Made by a program: the position numbers and the translations under genes. The notes under the pieces were generated by a model, which was given only the letters and a program-made list of their open reading frames with translations, made no database searches and had not been told where the DNA came from. Below, piece by piece: positions 35,586 to 49,427 of a DNA stretch of 64,000 nucleotides. The stretch's first letter is position 1, and every line of letters starts with the position of its first letter. The DNA lies in the NCBI RefSeq assembly GCF_964194155.1, contig NC_135895.1, forward strand, positions 50,654,001 to 50,718,000, written 5' to 3'. The DNA comes from Cetorhinus maximus. Taxonomy: Eukaryota.

Positions 35586-36828
35586 GATGGAATGGGAGTG
35601 GGTAGTCTGTTTGGTGGGGTTTGCTGGCTAGGATCGGGGCGGGGGGATCATCAGGTCAGGGATCATCAGATCGGGTCGGTCGAGGGTGCTGGTGCGAAAA
35701 AGAGTTGGGTCAGGCTGGGAGAGGTGATGGTGGAGTGCGGCAGTTGCGTTGCTCAGTTCAGCTAGGCTGGCTAACCACCGAAGTTACTCCAGAGATTAAA
35801 TGGTGTAACATTTCCAGGGTAAATATCCAGCTAAGTCCTGGTTATCTGGACCAAATCTCCGACACCGAAAACAGTGTAAGAGACATTTGCATGGTGTCCA
35901 TGCAACAGAAATCAGCCCATCGGAAGTTTAAACTTCCCAGGTAATTTCAGTGCACGTGCATGCATCAGGACCTCCATAGAGCCCGATGCACATTGCAGAC
36001 TTAAGTCCAGATTTCACCCTCTGGTGTAAATACACTGAATTGGAACATTTGAACCACAAATAGTATTATATGACCATCCTCTAATCACTGCATTTTGCTG
36101 GAGAAATAATCTTGCCTTCTTCTGGAGGCTCTGCTGTAGTTTGGGTCAGGAGTTCAGTTGGCTGTAGTTTGTAGGTGCCTGAAGGCTTTATCATTGAGCC
36201 TCCTAATTAGAGGGCCTGAGAGGGAAAAACAGTAAGCCAAATAAACCCAAAAAAGTTTTTTCTTCCCCCATAAAGACCACTGGCTGCTATTTTTGGATAG
36301 TGCAGCTAGAGGTCGACTTTCTGCTCATGATTCTGCGTGTAGGTCCATGCCAGTGGTCAAGCCTGTGCCTAGGGGCATGCCAAAATCCTGCAAACGCCCT
36401 GAACCTGCAAATCCAGGTGCTTTCAAGTCAGGTTAGGCTTAGTGCCAGCCTGTCAAGCACCTAGCATAGTTGGGGAGGGGGTTGGATGATGGGGGTGCTG
36501 CATATACACAAGGGCCACTGCTTAGAGTATCAAAACTATAATTTTTTTCAAATTATACTGATTGCAGGCTCAAGAAATACAAGAAAATGAGTTTATATCA
36601 AAAAGCATCATCTGGGTTCTAACACATCAGTCTATGTTTTCTGCACTTTTCCCGCTCTATTCACAGAGGCAGGAACCAGCAAATTGAGGGCTGCACCATC
36701 AGCATACATACTTCCAAACATTAAACCCAACTGAGGGGAAAAATGTTCATGCAGTTTAAGTAGTTTGGGTCACTTTTTGACACAGGTTGGGGGTCTTTCG
36801 TTTATTCATACATATAGGGATTTTCTGA

Positions 36829-36930
36829 CAGCAGGATTTTACGGTCCCGCTGAAGTCAATGGAATTCAGAATGGCTCACCACATTTTACAATCCCATTCC
36901 CGCGGCAACAGGGCCGTAAAATTCTGGCCA
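36829..36930. mobile_element. Short Harbinger-type MITE
   Basis: Inverted ends gcaggattttacgg / ccgtaaaattctggcc. Confidence 0.55.
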
Positions 36931-36977
36931 TAGATATTATACAATGGCTATGGCCTCCATGGTCATGAGGTAACTTT

Positions 36978-37843
36978 GGGCTGGATTTTACGTTCCCAAG
37001 TCATGTACGCTACCCATTCTATGCCGACAAAAAGTTTGGCTTGATGACATCAGCAACCCAATACCATCACGATAGTCTCTGATAATAAGGGAGGCATGTG
37101 GGTGCTGAAATCAGCAAACCACCCACAATTTTGAAATCGTTAATTAACAAGCTATTAAGCCTGTTAATAACCCAATCGCCCTCAATTTTTCATTGCCTGC
37201 TGCATTTTTCGGGCATTGGAAAAAAAATAGTTTGGGAGTCTTTTATGCCAGCTATAACGAGGCAGCAGAAGAGTGGTAGAAAAGGCCTGTTGAAACCATG
37301 TTTTAACAGTCTAGCTGATTCTGCTGGGGAATGTGGCAGCATCTGTTTGATTTTTAATGACATTTAAAAAAATTTTTTTTGCATCTTCAATGAATGATAA
37401 TGAAAGTAGGGAGCCCTTACAGTTCTAACCATGATTGCAGCATTACCCCTCTTCCACGGCCTACAGTGACGTCCCGGCCTACAGTGCCTATTCTCAGAAC
37501 CTTCACGTTGTGTATTTACAACAAGGCGTGATTCCTATTCCACCATAAATGTAACCGCAACAAAAATTCAACACTATGTTATTTTTAATATTAACTCAAA
37601 GTCACAAGAGCTGACTATATTGTGGCACCAAAAATCAGAGATGAGAAACTGGCCCTGATAACAACTGGTTGGAAGGGAGTAACAGAAAGGGTTTGTCTTC
37701 CTAAGTCTCCTTTCTGCTGGATGGCCACTAATTGGCCATTTGATGCTTTATTAGATGCGCGGAGATGGCGGGGCCAGGAGCGAGTGGACCATCAGCTTCT
37801 ATTGTGCCTCTCTCACCTTACCGAGAAATATAAAATCCAGCCC
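36978..37843. mobile_element. Harbinger-type MITE
   Basis: Perfect 13-bp TIRs GGGCTGGATTTTA / TAAAATCCAGCCC, 3-bp TSD TTT. Confidence 0.8.
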
Positions 37844-38304
37844 TTTACCACAATCCACTTTTCAACTGTAGGTTCTTGTATTAGCTGACCAGCTTTCACA
37901 ATGCTGCTACTCCTCTCCTGTTGTAGAATTAGAATAACCAGCAGCATAGATGAAAACAGAATTGTGTAGCCTCAAGGAAATAATGCCTTCACATTGTAAT
38001 TCTAAACTGAATTTAAAAGTACTGCTGCAAATTATTTATACTGCAGCAATATTTCTTGTGTCTTGACCAAGTGACATGTAAATTATTTTAAACCACTATT
38101 AGATATGAAATTAAATTATATCAAAGCTGTATCCATTTGTTTATAATTGTTACGTGGTATTTTACAAAGCCTCATGGGTTATCTTTTTTGGGAAACCAGC
38201 AGTTTTTTAAAAAAAAGTACAAAGTACACTAATCCAATAGCAAAACATTTAGTAGAATTAGATGTATTTGTTGAAAATACATCAGGGTAGCCACAGTGTC
38301 TTTA

Positions 38305-38600
38305 TGCATGAGCAGCTAGGTCATAAAATAAGGAAGGTCTCAAGTTTGATTCAGAGTCTGTGCTGAGTTAGCTGATCTTAGCTAGGTTCATGGTAGGAAT
38401 GATATAACTGGCCTCAGCACCACTGGGTTAGGGAGTGTAAAATTTCCCAGTGTTCTGCCCACAATCTTTACCCAGTGAATGTTAAGTGAGATGGCTTCAG
38501 CCCATTGTGAGCATCCTGCCAACATTTACTGGCAATACACATGAACAATGAGCGCCTGGGTATGGTGCCGGAGACTTCCCACTGGGGTACTGTGCCCCAA
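38305..38600 (+). mobile_element. Old tRNA-like SINE
   Basis: ggaaggtctcaagtttgattc..tctgtgctgagttagctgatc. Related copies at about 39915-40120 and 60215-60262/62760-62810. Confidence 0.5.
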
Positions 38601-40124
38601 AAGATTTTCAGGAGAGGGGTGGAGAAAAAGGGAAAAGGATATTGGTGGAAGAACTGGTTGCAAACAGCTGAAATAGCAAAACCGTAGCCTTATACTCCTC
38701 TAAAGCTACAATAACACAAATAGCATAGCCTGTAGGCACACACACCTCCATAGCCTCGACAATGGGCCTGTGCTCACTTGTAGTCCCTGAGCCCTTTATT
38801 TTGGCCCTCAACACCTGACAATCATTCCAATTTGCACTTGTATTTCTTAGTCACTGTTGTCCTGTTAAATTTCAGGTCACAGAAATTATTTTACTTTGCT
38901 CACAGAATTGGAAAAAGGTAACAACCCTATGGTTACCCACTTAGGCAAAAGAGAATTTCACACAGGTTATAATGCAAACTTTTACACAACTTCTAGATTC
39001 AATAGGATGTCACGCATTCATGAACCTGTTGAACATAGTTTGTGGGTGTGACAACTAAACATGTAAATCTGTTAGCATAATGGGACTCTATCCTTGTGGT
39101 CCACTGGATACTTAGTACATTCCAGTATCAATCAGAATATATCTGTCCCACAATCCCATGTTTAAATCTGTCCATTAGTGGTTTTCACCGCATCACAGTA
39201 CGAAACGGCACAAATGACAACCTTTTCCTACATGATGGTGGCGTACTATTTCTCTTCTTCCTTTGCAGCTTTTCTAAGCTATTTAACATGGTTTATCACA
39301 CTGAAACCTTTTATTCATAGTCCAGCTCAGTGGGACAATGCTCATTTGGTATCATGCTTACCTATCTAATCCTGGACGGAGAATCTCCAGGACGGCTGAT
39401 CTTCCCAAACCGAGGCTACTTTTAATGAAATCCCTCAAGTATCTATTCCTGATCCTGTCCTTTTCCTGATAAAAATGTTGCCCCTTAGCAACATCACCGA
39501 AAGACATAGGGCTGGATTTTTGTCATGAAGCAGGAAGTTCTGGAGGTTTGGAGGTTGTTTGGAGGCAGCCATAGAAGAGTCCTCTGAAACATCAGCCCAG
39601 TTTTATAAAAGATTGTTAGGCCCTCAAGCCCTCAACACTGATCCTCCTACCCACCCACCATGCCCACTCATACCCAACATGCCACCCCATGCTACCTCGT
39701 ACCCCCAGGCCACCTCATACACCAATGCTACTTCTATGCCCCCTCATAGCCCCCTTGCCATCTCCACAGCCACTCACCCAGTATCCACTGTGCATAGACC
39801 TCAGGAACCATGTGGAGTTGAAAAAAATACTTTAACAATCTAAAAGAGCTTTCACTCATACACAGTAGGTATGGAATGTAAAGACAGAGAGCGAATATTT
39901 CCTTCAGCTTAATGAATCATGCAGACCAGAAAAGTCTCAGTTCACTTTTTAGTCTGTGATGCTCTTTGATCTCAACTGAAGCAACAAATTTTGCACAATA
40001 ATTAGCCTCTGTATGCTGGAGGTAGAGCAGCCACTCCTGATCGCTATCCAAAGACCTAGAAAGTGTGCATCTGGGTTATTGCATTGGGAATGATTAAGCT
40101 GGGCTGCTGTGCACTCCACAGTTG

Positions 40125-40485
40125 CATAGGAACATGGGTACAGGAGTAGGCCATTCAGCCCTTCAAGTCCGTTCCACCAATCTTTACTGATCCATATCGC
40201 TTGACACCATACCTAACAAAATTTATTGGTCGCAGTCTTAAAAATTTCAATTGACCCAGCATTCATGGCCTTTTACAGCAAGTTCCAAATTTCCATTACC
40301 CTTTGTGTGAAAAAAGTGGACACCTAAATGGCTTTATTAATTTTACTATGCCTCTTATGTGTGGATTCCTTACCAGAGGAAATAGTTATCTGCCTATACC
40401 CTATTGAACACTTTTATTCACTTTAATGACTAGTAAGATCACTCCTCTACTGTCTAAACTCTAGGGAAATTAAACCAAGTTTATC
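40125..40485 (-). mobile_element. CR1 3' end fragment
   Basis: caggagtaggccattcagccc 3' UTR motif shared with other CR1 copies. Confidence 0.65.
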
Positions 40486-42569
40486 CTGGGAGACATGATA
40501 TTGGGTCAATCTATAAAAGAATAGCCTCGCTGGTGAGGTAAAAGAGAGTAGTTAGCATCTCCAGCAATAGTATCCACAGTAGATGAGGTGAAAAAAAAAA
40601 AGTTTTTTAAAATGGATTTTGAAATGAATCTTGAGGAACAAACAAGTAGAATAGCCTTCTTTCTGAATGAAACTGCTCTACTGCCACGTGTAGTATCTGA
40701 CTCAAGGGAAGCATTCAAGAACAAAGCATGATGCTGCTATTTGTTCAGATCCAAATCTTAGGAACACCATGAAGATAGACATTTGAGCTCAGGTTCAGAC
40801 TTCCTGGAAAAACAAAAATTTGCTGTGCAAATGGTCTATAGGGAAAAAAGTCTGCTCCAGTCTGTCAGACAGACCACATGAGACAACCATGAAAGTGGAT
40901 ACTGAGCATGGGAAGCCTCAGACTACCAAGAAAATTAACAGATTAGATACAGAGCTTCAGTAGTCCACATGGCCACGCACCAAAATGGACAGATGAAATC
41001 TGTCAGCATTAAGTGTAAAACTGCGATAAAAACTATCTTCCACATGACCTCTTACCTAATTTACATTGACTATTTGTGAAATCCCAAGAAAAAATAATGG
41101 AATACTTTCAAAAACAGAATGCATGTTACGAAAGGGGAACAACATTTCTTAAAATCTAAATTGGGGCAAGGTTCAGAATTTTCTTATTTAAATCCTAATC
41201 AATTTTGGATTGGAGGTTCCAGGGCAATTTTCATGCCATTGGCATGTGTGCCAGTTGATCGGGCCTGATAGGACAGAAAATGACCATCCTTCCAGCATGC
41301 CATGGGTGAGATACAGCTACATTTAAAAGGTGCACTATGCACTTTCCAGCATCATCTTTGAGCAGCATCACCTCATTCACCAAAAGACTGCCCAAAACAA
41401 CCCACTACCAACTCCTTCCATATCCATCACCTACATGTTACACCTTTCTGATTTCATAATATAGTACCTCCTCTGCACATCTTTACACACGGGGGTAGGG
41501 AAATGCCACATCACCAAAGTCATGTTATTGATGTTTCTGCTTCTGTAGGAGAAGGCAGTGCATCACTAAAACCAAATGTCACAGCCATAGGGAAACAACA
41601 ACCTTGCAACCTCGGGCCATTTTCACAGAACTCTTCAATTTCCAGCCTCGATTTGGAGGAGGAACAGAGTATGAGTAGCAGGAAACATGGCCCGAGATCA
41701 AGGTTTGTGCAACACTTAAACCTTCCTTTTCACTCCATCTTTGCAGTCATGTAATCACAGCTACACAAGTTTGCATACATTGGCAGTTCCCTGGTTGCTG
41801 CTGAAGACTGTTTTGCAATAAGTTATGGGGGCATGCCCCTAATTACTTTTCCTGCATCTCTCTTGGCAGCCTTGGCAAAAAAGCATATTGCATGGTGCTT
41901 ATACCTGGAGTCTTCCAGCTCCTGTCACTCAATTTCTCTCTAACCAGCAAAGTGATTGAACAGAAACAGGAAGCACCTGACTGATGAGGCTGCTTCCATC
42001 CACAGCCAAGGAGAAGAGGGATCTCTATCTCCAGGGCACAACATTTTGAAAAAAGATGCCCTCTGAGCATAAGCATGGCTAAGTTACGACTTGCAATAAA
42101 TGCTACTGTTGTCCTTTATGATAACAACATATATGTTACAAGTTCACTCCTTTTAATCATTTCACAGATGCCAGAAAGTGGGCAGGGCCAAAATGCCCCA
42201 TCTAATGTAGTAGAACAGGAGCTCAAAGCAGACACATTTTATGAATGTGCTCAAAGAATTCAAGAGCCCCAACCTGGACCCCAGGAGTCTCTCACAGATG
42301 CCAGCCACCTCATAGGTTTATGTTACAGAGATTACAGTGAGAAGGTGCACTAGATTAAGTGGTTGAGCTCAACACACATCCACTAATTGCATGGTGAAGC
42401 ACTGTGGTGGCAGGCACTAGAGACATTTGTTTAATTGGTATTTTCTGAACTTTTCACCAAAGTGAGGAATGTCATTGCTGGGCACTGAAATACTTCCCAT
42501 TTAAGGCACTCCCCTTTCAGGTCAGGTATTGTACAGCAAGATGCAAAGTGAAGTTCTCTTTCTACTTAG

Positions 42570-43025
42570 GTGTCAGCTGTCGTTCAGTGTGTAGCACTAT
42601 TGCCTCTAGGTCAGAAGGCTGTAGGTACAAGGCCGACTCCAGGACTTCAGCACAAGTGTTAAGGCTGAAGCTCCAATGAGGGTGTGCTGCACTGTCAGAG
42701 ATGCCATCTATCTGATAAGAATTTAAACTGAGGTTGCATCTTCCGTTTCAAGTGGATATAACAGATCCCATCACACTATTTTGAAAAAGAGCAGGGAAGT
42801 TATTCCTAGTGTCCTGACCAATATATATCCCTCAAATCAACACCACAAAAACATATTTCTTGGTCATTACCAAATTGCTGTTTGTGTGAGAGCTTGCTGT
42901 GCGCAAGTTGCCCGCCACGTTTCCCACGTTCCAACAATGACTTTGAAAGTACTTTATTGTCTGCAAAACAATTTGGGATGTCTGGTGGTCATGAAAGGCA
43001 CTGCATAAATGCAAGTCTTTCTTTT
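42570..43025 (+). mobile_element. Deu-domain SINE (SacSINE1/AmnSINE1-related)
   Basis: tRNA-like head, Deu-domain-like core ttaaactgagg...gatcccatcacactattttgaaaaagagcaggga..gtgtcctgaccaat, L2-like tail gcataaatgcaagtctttctttt. Head-only copy at 51197-51280. Confidence 0.7.
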
Positions 43026-44999
43026 TCTGTCTTAATATGCCTCACCCCTCACTTTGCCTTTGTGGCACTATACCTATTCCCCCATCCTGCGGTCTTTTTT
43101 GAGTACAATTGTCAATTAATGCCAAATTAAAGACAGTTATGTGCTGTTGGCTCACGTCTACTAGTTTGAAGTTACCAAACACCCATTTTACATAGGATCA
43201 TTGCAGTCAACAGGCTTAGCAGGCTTTCATTCCCTCAACCTTGGAAACATTTTAACTAAGGTGCAAGAGACAAAGGCCATTGTCTACCCCATTGCATGAG
43301 TCAATTACCCCATGTCAATATTTTATTAGAATCTTCAGACACACTTTGTGATGTAACAACAATAATGCATCATGCACACTTCCATTTATGAAATGGGTTA
43401 AATAACATGCATGTCCTCTAACTGAGATGATAATGTCACTTTAATAGACTTTACACCAGCTTACAAATAAACCCTGGGCCCTCCGTTCTGTTTCAGCTAT
43501 TTTTGATTTTCAGAACTCCAGAAAAAACTAGGTGTGGCCAAAGGAGGCAATGTTTTCAGAATCTTTCTTGAGGGGCAAGGAAAGAGTTAAAAGGCGGGAC
43601 TGGAATCCCAAAGAAATACCCTAAGGAACAATTTCTCTGTCTACCAGATACATAGCTGCAGCCGCATTTGCTGCATCTTCGAGCTGTCTTGCCAGATGGC
43701 AGTAGCAGAAAGGGCAGAGAATTGCTGATGCAGCACTTCAGGCCCCTCTTTTTCATCTTTAAAGCAGTAAGATGATACTACATAAACAACGTAAAAGCTA
43801 TAATTTTGGGCTACAGCAATTCACTTAACATTTGGATGATTTATGGGGCTGTCAATGCAGTGACTTGAAGCCTGTAACTCACAAGGTTATACAGTGGATG
43901 TTTCATTCACTCAATTGTTATTTGTTATAGGAGTGATGTTTTCATACTTTTTGGGGAGGGGGAAGGTGGAACGGGCTGATCAATGTCAGAAAATCTACTG
44001 CACGTCAACTCTGTTAAGACTCTTGTACAGCTGCAGTGCATTTTTAAGTATCTATTCTGGAATGACAGTGAGAGATTATTTTCTTTCAATTAAACTTATC
44101 TGTGCCTTAGGACTTTTACCAGGCCGTTCAACAGCACAGATTTTACTTTTCACATTTTTATTAAAAAAATGTGATATGCATGTGTAAAGTGTTATGACAG
44201 TCCATTTTTTTGTGGGTTAGATAAAGAACCAATTATTATCAAGAATTCCACTACACTGAAGGCTGAGTGTTTGTTAATCTAAAACATTCCAATTTTCAGT
44301 ACTTGTCAGCAATAGTACTTCTGACCTTCATATTCCAACAACTAGCACAAACTTCAGACAGACATTTTCATTTTCACAATTGCTCGCAGTCTAGCTGAGA
44401 GGTGTAGGGAAAGTGGAAAAGGAACCCTGTCATTGTGATATTTCTTCTTCCTTTTCTCATCCTCAGATAATTGTAAAATTTATAAAGGGTAGGCAGTTTA
44501 GAGGAATACTGTAAAGCATTAAAGAAAATGACCTTTCATCAGGATTTCTGTTAAATCATTGAATGCTGTTGAGGCAAGTCAAGGTGGATATAAATAATTT
44601 ACCCTAAATGTTATTCTTCTGTGCTTTGCTATGGCTTTCTATGTGAGAAATATCCATTCTTAATCATGTTGCAGTGTAACAATATTGCCACGTGAACTGG
44701 GTAATGAAAAAATCATGGTAGGACCATGTTTCATTTTAAAGCAATCAATCCTCAAGTTTACACAATACCATTCATTTCATCAATACATTTTTTCAGAAAG
44801 CTTATTCTAAATGACACAATGTACACTTCATAATCTTATGGCCAAAGGCTGGATATGCCCATTGTCTCTGCTAAATTGTTAGAACCAGTATCATACCACT
44901 GCTAATTATAGAGCAGTGCAGGCAAATGTAATGGAGATACAAGGTCCACACAAATTGTTTTCAAATTCAGGGATAAAGAATTTAACACAGGCACAACAG

Positions 45000-46285
45000 A
45001 ATGATGCCTGGATTAAATGGTTAAATTATGAGAACACGTTACATAGGCAAGGCTTGTAAGCCCTTGAGTATAAAAGATTAAGGGGTTCTTTAATTGAGGT
45101 GTTTAAAAAGGTTAAAAGATCTGATGGGGTAGACAGAGGGAAACTATTTCTTCTGCTTGGGCAGTCAAGAACAAGGAGGCATAACCTTAAAATTAGAGCT
45201 AAGCCAATTGAGGGTAAAACTAGGAACAAAGGATAATTGGAGTCTGGAATTCTCTCCCCAAAAAGCTAAGACTAGGTCAGCTAAGGTTTCTGCTTTTTGT
45301 GGACAGGACATAGCTGGGCAATTTTCCACATTGTCTGGTAAATGCCAATGTTGTAGCTATACTGATACAGCTTGGCTCAAGAATGCTAGTTCTGGAGTAC
45401 AGGTTTTCAGCTGGTATGTTGTCAGGACCCATAAACTTTGTTGCATCCAGTGCATTTAGCCATTTCCTAATATGACATGGGGTGAATCAAATTGGCTGAA
45501 GACTGGCTTTGTGATGGTGTGGACCTCAGGAAGAGGCCAAGATGAATCAATCACTTGGCACTTCTAGCTGTAAATGGTTGCAAACACTTCAGTTTCGTCT
45601 TTTGCACTCACATACTGTGCTCTGTCTTTACTGAGGATGAGAACATTCCTGGGGCCTTCCCCTTCCATTAGTCATCAGTCATTTCTTGACTAGATGTGAT
45701 AAGACTGCAGAACTTTGATCTGATTCATTGGTTGTGGAATTGCTTAGTCCTGATTATAGAATGCTGCTTTCACTGTTCAGCATGCATACATGTCTTGTGT
45801 CGTAGCTTCACCAGGTTGGCACCTTATTTTTAGGTGGGCTGCTGCTGCTCTAGGCGTGCTCTCCTACACTGCTTGTTGAACCAGGGTTGATTCCCTGGTT
45901 TGATGGTAATGGTAGAGTGCAGGATATATTGCTGATGGCCAACAGTGCCCCATGGATGCTGAATATTGAACTGCTGGATGTGTTCTGAATCTATCCAGTT
46001 AGCATGATGAGAGTGTCACACAACGCAATGGAGAAAGTCATCAGTGTGAAGACAGGGCTTATCTCACAAAGTGGTCACTCCTACCAACACCATAATGGAC
46101 AGATGTATCTGCAATAGGTAGATTGGTGAGGATGAGGCTAAGCAGGAATTTTTCCTCATATTGGTTCTCTCACCACCTGCCACAGGCACAGTCTAGCAGC
46201 TATGTCATTCAGGATTCGGCCAGCTTAGTAAGTAGTGGTGCTACCAAGCCACATTTGGTGATGGACATTGAAGTGCCTCAAAGTT
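45000..46285. mobile_element. CR1 3' fragment (+, about 45000-45270) abutting a jockey-group LINE fragment (-, about 45300-46285)
   Basis: LGL..LEYKRLRG.LIEVFK on +. The minus part matches 61610-62110 by eye. Confidence 0.7.
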
Positions 46286-47549
46286 CAATTTTGCACCAAT
46301 TAAAGATACACTGAAGTCAATGTTCAATGCCTGTAGTGTGAAACTATAATGCAGAAAAATATCATTTGGAAGAGTTGTATTTTAGCTAGACTATGTCAGT
46401 ACAGTGTAAAATCTGATTTTCCATAGTGAGGTACATCAAGTATAATGGCAGCATGAGAATCTCACTTAAAAGCAATTTCTTTAGAACAATGCTGCCATAT
46501 GCATATATATGTATTAACTTTGTGAAGAAACAGCAATGCTGGGAAGGTGAAACAGGTTATGAAAATATTTGTTTATGTGTGATTGAGAAAGTGAAATCTG
46601 ATTTGCTTCTTGGAGGAAGTTAGTATACATGAGAATGTTGTGCTATGTTAAGATTTGATTAATTCAATTCATTTAACCCAGGCTGCTTTGGTCTCTTTAA
46701 GAGGACAGCCCTCCTGTCTCCTGTGCCTTACAACAAGCTAGTTACATGTTTAAGCACAACTCATGATCTAAACAGCCCCTTTTAGAAGTTTGCTGCAGGG
46801 ATAACAAATTTACCCAGCATGGTGCTACACATACCCATCTCTGAAGATTAGTGTAATAGAGCTTTTAGTTATGCATTTACCTTGTAATTATTGAGCTATT
46901 ACAACAAATGTAACTGTACTCTCCATGAGAATTTCTCAGCAGGTGGGCTTCATGTTAATCTATGATAGTGCTCCTCTAAGGAGCTTAGTCAGGGGCAAAT
47001 GTAAAAAAAAATTTCTGAGGTAAGTCGGTGCAGCTGGTAATGAATAGCTCATAAGATTGTACATCATACATAGATCATGTATAGAAAGGGTCCAAAAAAC
47101 ATTAATGTTTGGCTGCAAAAGCATGCAACTGGAAATAAAATGATGCTAGCCACTGTTGTCAGTTTTACTAGAGTGCAGAACAAAAATCACAAGTCTGGGA
47201 GGTCGTGAAACCAGTTTGCAATCATCCACTCTGCCCGTCAATGGCGGGCCGCATTTCCTGCCTTTGGTGTCAGAAATCTCATTGTAATACATGTGCATAT
47301 CATTATAAGCCCAGCTTGCCGGAATCATCCCCCCACGCTGGATCACTGGAGCACATCGGTGAGATTACACGCCGAGGTGTTTCACAATGGCATATATAAG
47401 GCGTTCGAGGGGAACTCGGAGGTGAGTACACAGTAATGTTGCGCAGCACTCGCGAGGGCTGCCTGTTGGACTTCAAGTTTGTGGTGCCGCACATTCAGCT
47501 GAGGGCACAGGAAAGTCGCTTTTCCCCGGCTGGCTGACACTCCAGTGTT

Positions 47550-48770
47550 GGGGCAAGGGCTGCCCTGCAGTTAAGGTGACTTGCGGAGTGGGAAAGGGCT
47601 GCCCTGCAGTTGAGGCAACTTGGGGAGTGGGCAAAGGCTGCTCTGCGGCTGAGGCAACTTGTGGGGAGGGGGGGGCTGCCCTATGGTTGAGGTGACCTGC
47701 AAGGGGGGGGGGGGGGGGGGGCAAAGACTGCACTGCAGTTGAGGCGACTTGGGTTAGGGGGGCAAGGGATGCCCTGTGGTTGAGGAGACTTGGGGGGGGG
47801 GGGAGCAAGAGCTGCCCTGTGGTGAGGTGGCTTGAAGGGGCCAAGAGCTGCACTGTTGGCATGAACAATGGGGGGAACTGGTTCAATCCAGAATGATGAG
47901 ATTGCAAGAGACTGTGAGCATCTCCACCAGTGACTGCTCCATAGCCAACTTTAGCAAGGAGATTGTACAATGTGCACAGTCGTCCAACTTTTTAAAATTC
48001 ATTCACGGGATGAGGGCTTCGCTGGCTGGGTCACCATTTATTGCCCATCCCTAATTGCTCTTGAGAAGGTGGTGGTGGCTGAACCGCTGCAGACCCTGTG
48101 GTGTAGGTACACCCACAGTGCTGTTAGGAAGGGAGTTCCAGGAATTTGACCTAGTGACAGTGAAGGAACAGCGATATATTTCCATGTCAAGATGGTGAGT
48201 GACTTGGAGGGGAACTTCCAGGTAATGGTGTTCCCATCTACCTGCTGCCCTAGTCCTTATAGACGTTAGTGGTTGTGGGTTTGGAAGGTGCTGTCTAAGG
48301 AGCCTTGGTGAATTCCTGCAATGCATCTTGTAGATGATACACACTGCTGCTACTGTGCGTCAGTGGTGGAGGGAGTGAATGTTTGTGGATGTGGTGCCAA
48401 TCAAAAGGGCTGTTTTGTCCTGGATGGTGTCAAGCTGCTTGAGTGTTGTTGGAGCTGCACTCATCCAGGCAAGTGGGGAATATTCCATCACACTCCTAAC
48501 TTGTGCCTTGTAGATGGTGGACAGGCTTTGAGGAGCCAGGAAGTGAGTTACTCATCACGAGATTCCTGGCTTCTGTTCTGCAGTCCACTAAAATGCTCAT
48601 AGGTTTGCAGATTGTGCCCAAGGGGGGAGGGGACGGGGTGGGGGAAGGGGTGGGGGGGGGGGGGGGGGGGTGCTGCACTGTGGATGAGGCAACTTGTGGG
48701 GTGGTGAACGGACTGCATTGCAGTTGAGGCGACTGGGGGGGGGTGGGGGCAACTGATGCACAAGTACATG
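47550..48770. repeat. G-rich ~39-bp minisatellite (two blocks, 47550-47845 and 48625-48770) with long G runs
   Basis: Unit gggcaagggctgccctgcagttgaggcaacttg(g)n, with G tracts of about 20 nt. Confidence 0.85.
47988..48570 (-). mobile_element. Jockey-group LINE 3' fragment
   Basis: Homologous to 7100-7672. Confidence 0.85.
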
Positions 48771-49427
48771 CGGGGGGCAGGCTGCTGAGGGAAGCGGCCA
48801 CATATTAGGGAAACCATGTATAAAGTGACTATTCCTCCACAGCTGAGAGGGTTCAGGTTCAGCCACATTGACATGCTTGGAGTTGAGCTCCTAGATTGTC
48901 TGTCCACTCAAGCAATGCAGAGGGATGAAATTGCCACCAAGTGCTCCAAAGCTTTTCACCCCTTGGGCACAAACTGCAAACTAATGAGCATTTTAGTGGA
49001 CTGCAGAACAGTTGGACGACTGCACATGTTGTACAATCTCCTTGTCAAAGCTGGCCATGGAGCAGTCACTGCTGGAGACATTAACAGCCCCTCACAATGT
49101 CATCATTCAGGTTTGGACCAGTCTCCCCCATGGTTCAGGCTAACAGCCCAGCCTTGCAGTGCGGGTTGGGAGAATGCCAGCGCCTGAGCTCATAGCATGC
49201 AGTCCAATGAATAAAGCTGCAGCCAATTGGTCAGGGGGAGTGGGGTGGAGGTGGGTGGGGTTTCGGGCAGCCATGCAGCGCACTAAACTCTCGCCATCCA
49301 GGTGGTGGCCAGCACTCTCTGGGATGCATTAAGGGGCCTTCAGACTTAACCAAGAGAGGTTCTTAATATTCCCATGCTAACCCACATGTCTCTCTCTTTC
49401 ATCCTGCAGAAGGAGTACATCAGGAGC

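Noticed and set aside
36110-36232. Minus-strand acceptor ctgtttttccctctcag as the missing upstream NFIA exon
   Set aside because: Translations have stops and no similarity to the NFIA MPSPTTLKKSEK...VITGPR segment; no good donor.
41500-42400. Possible additional Harbinger Myb-like remnant
   Set aside because: Similarity too weak to support by eye.
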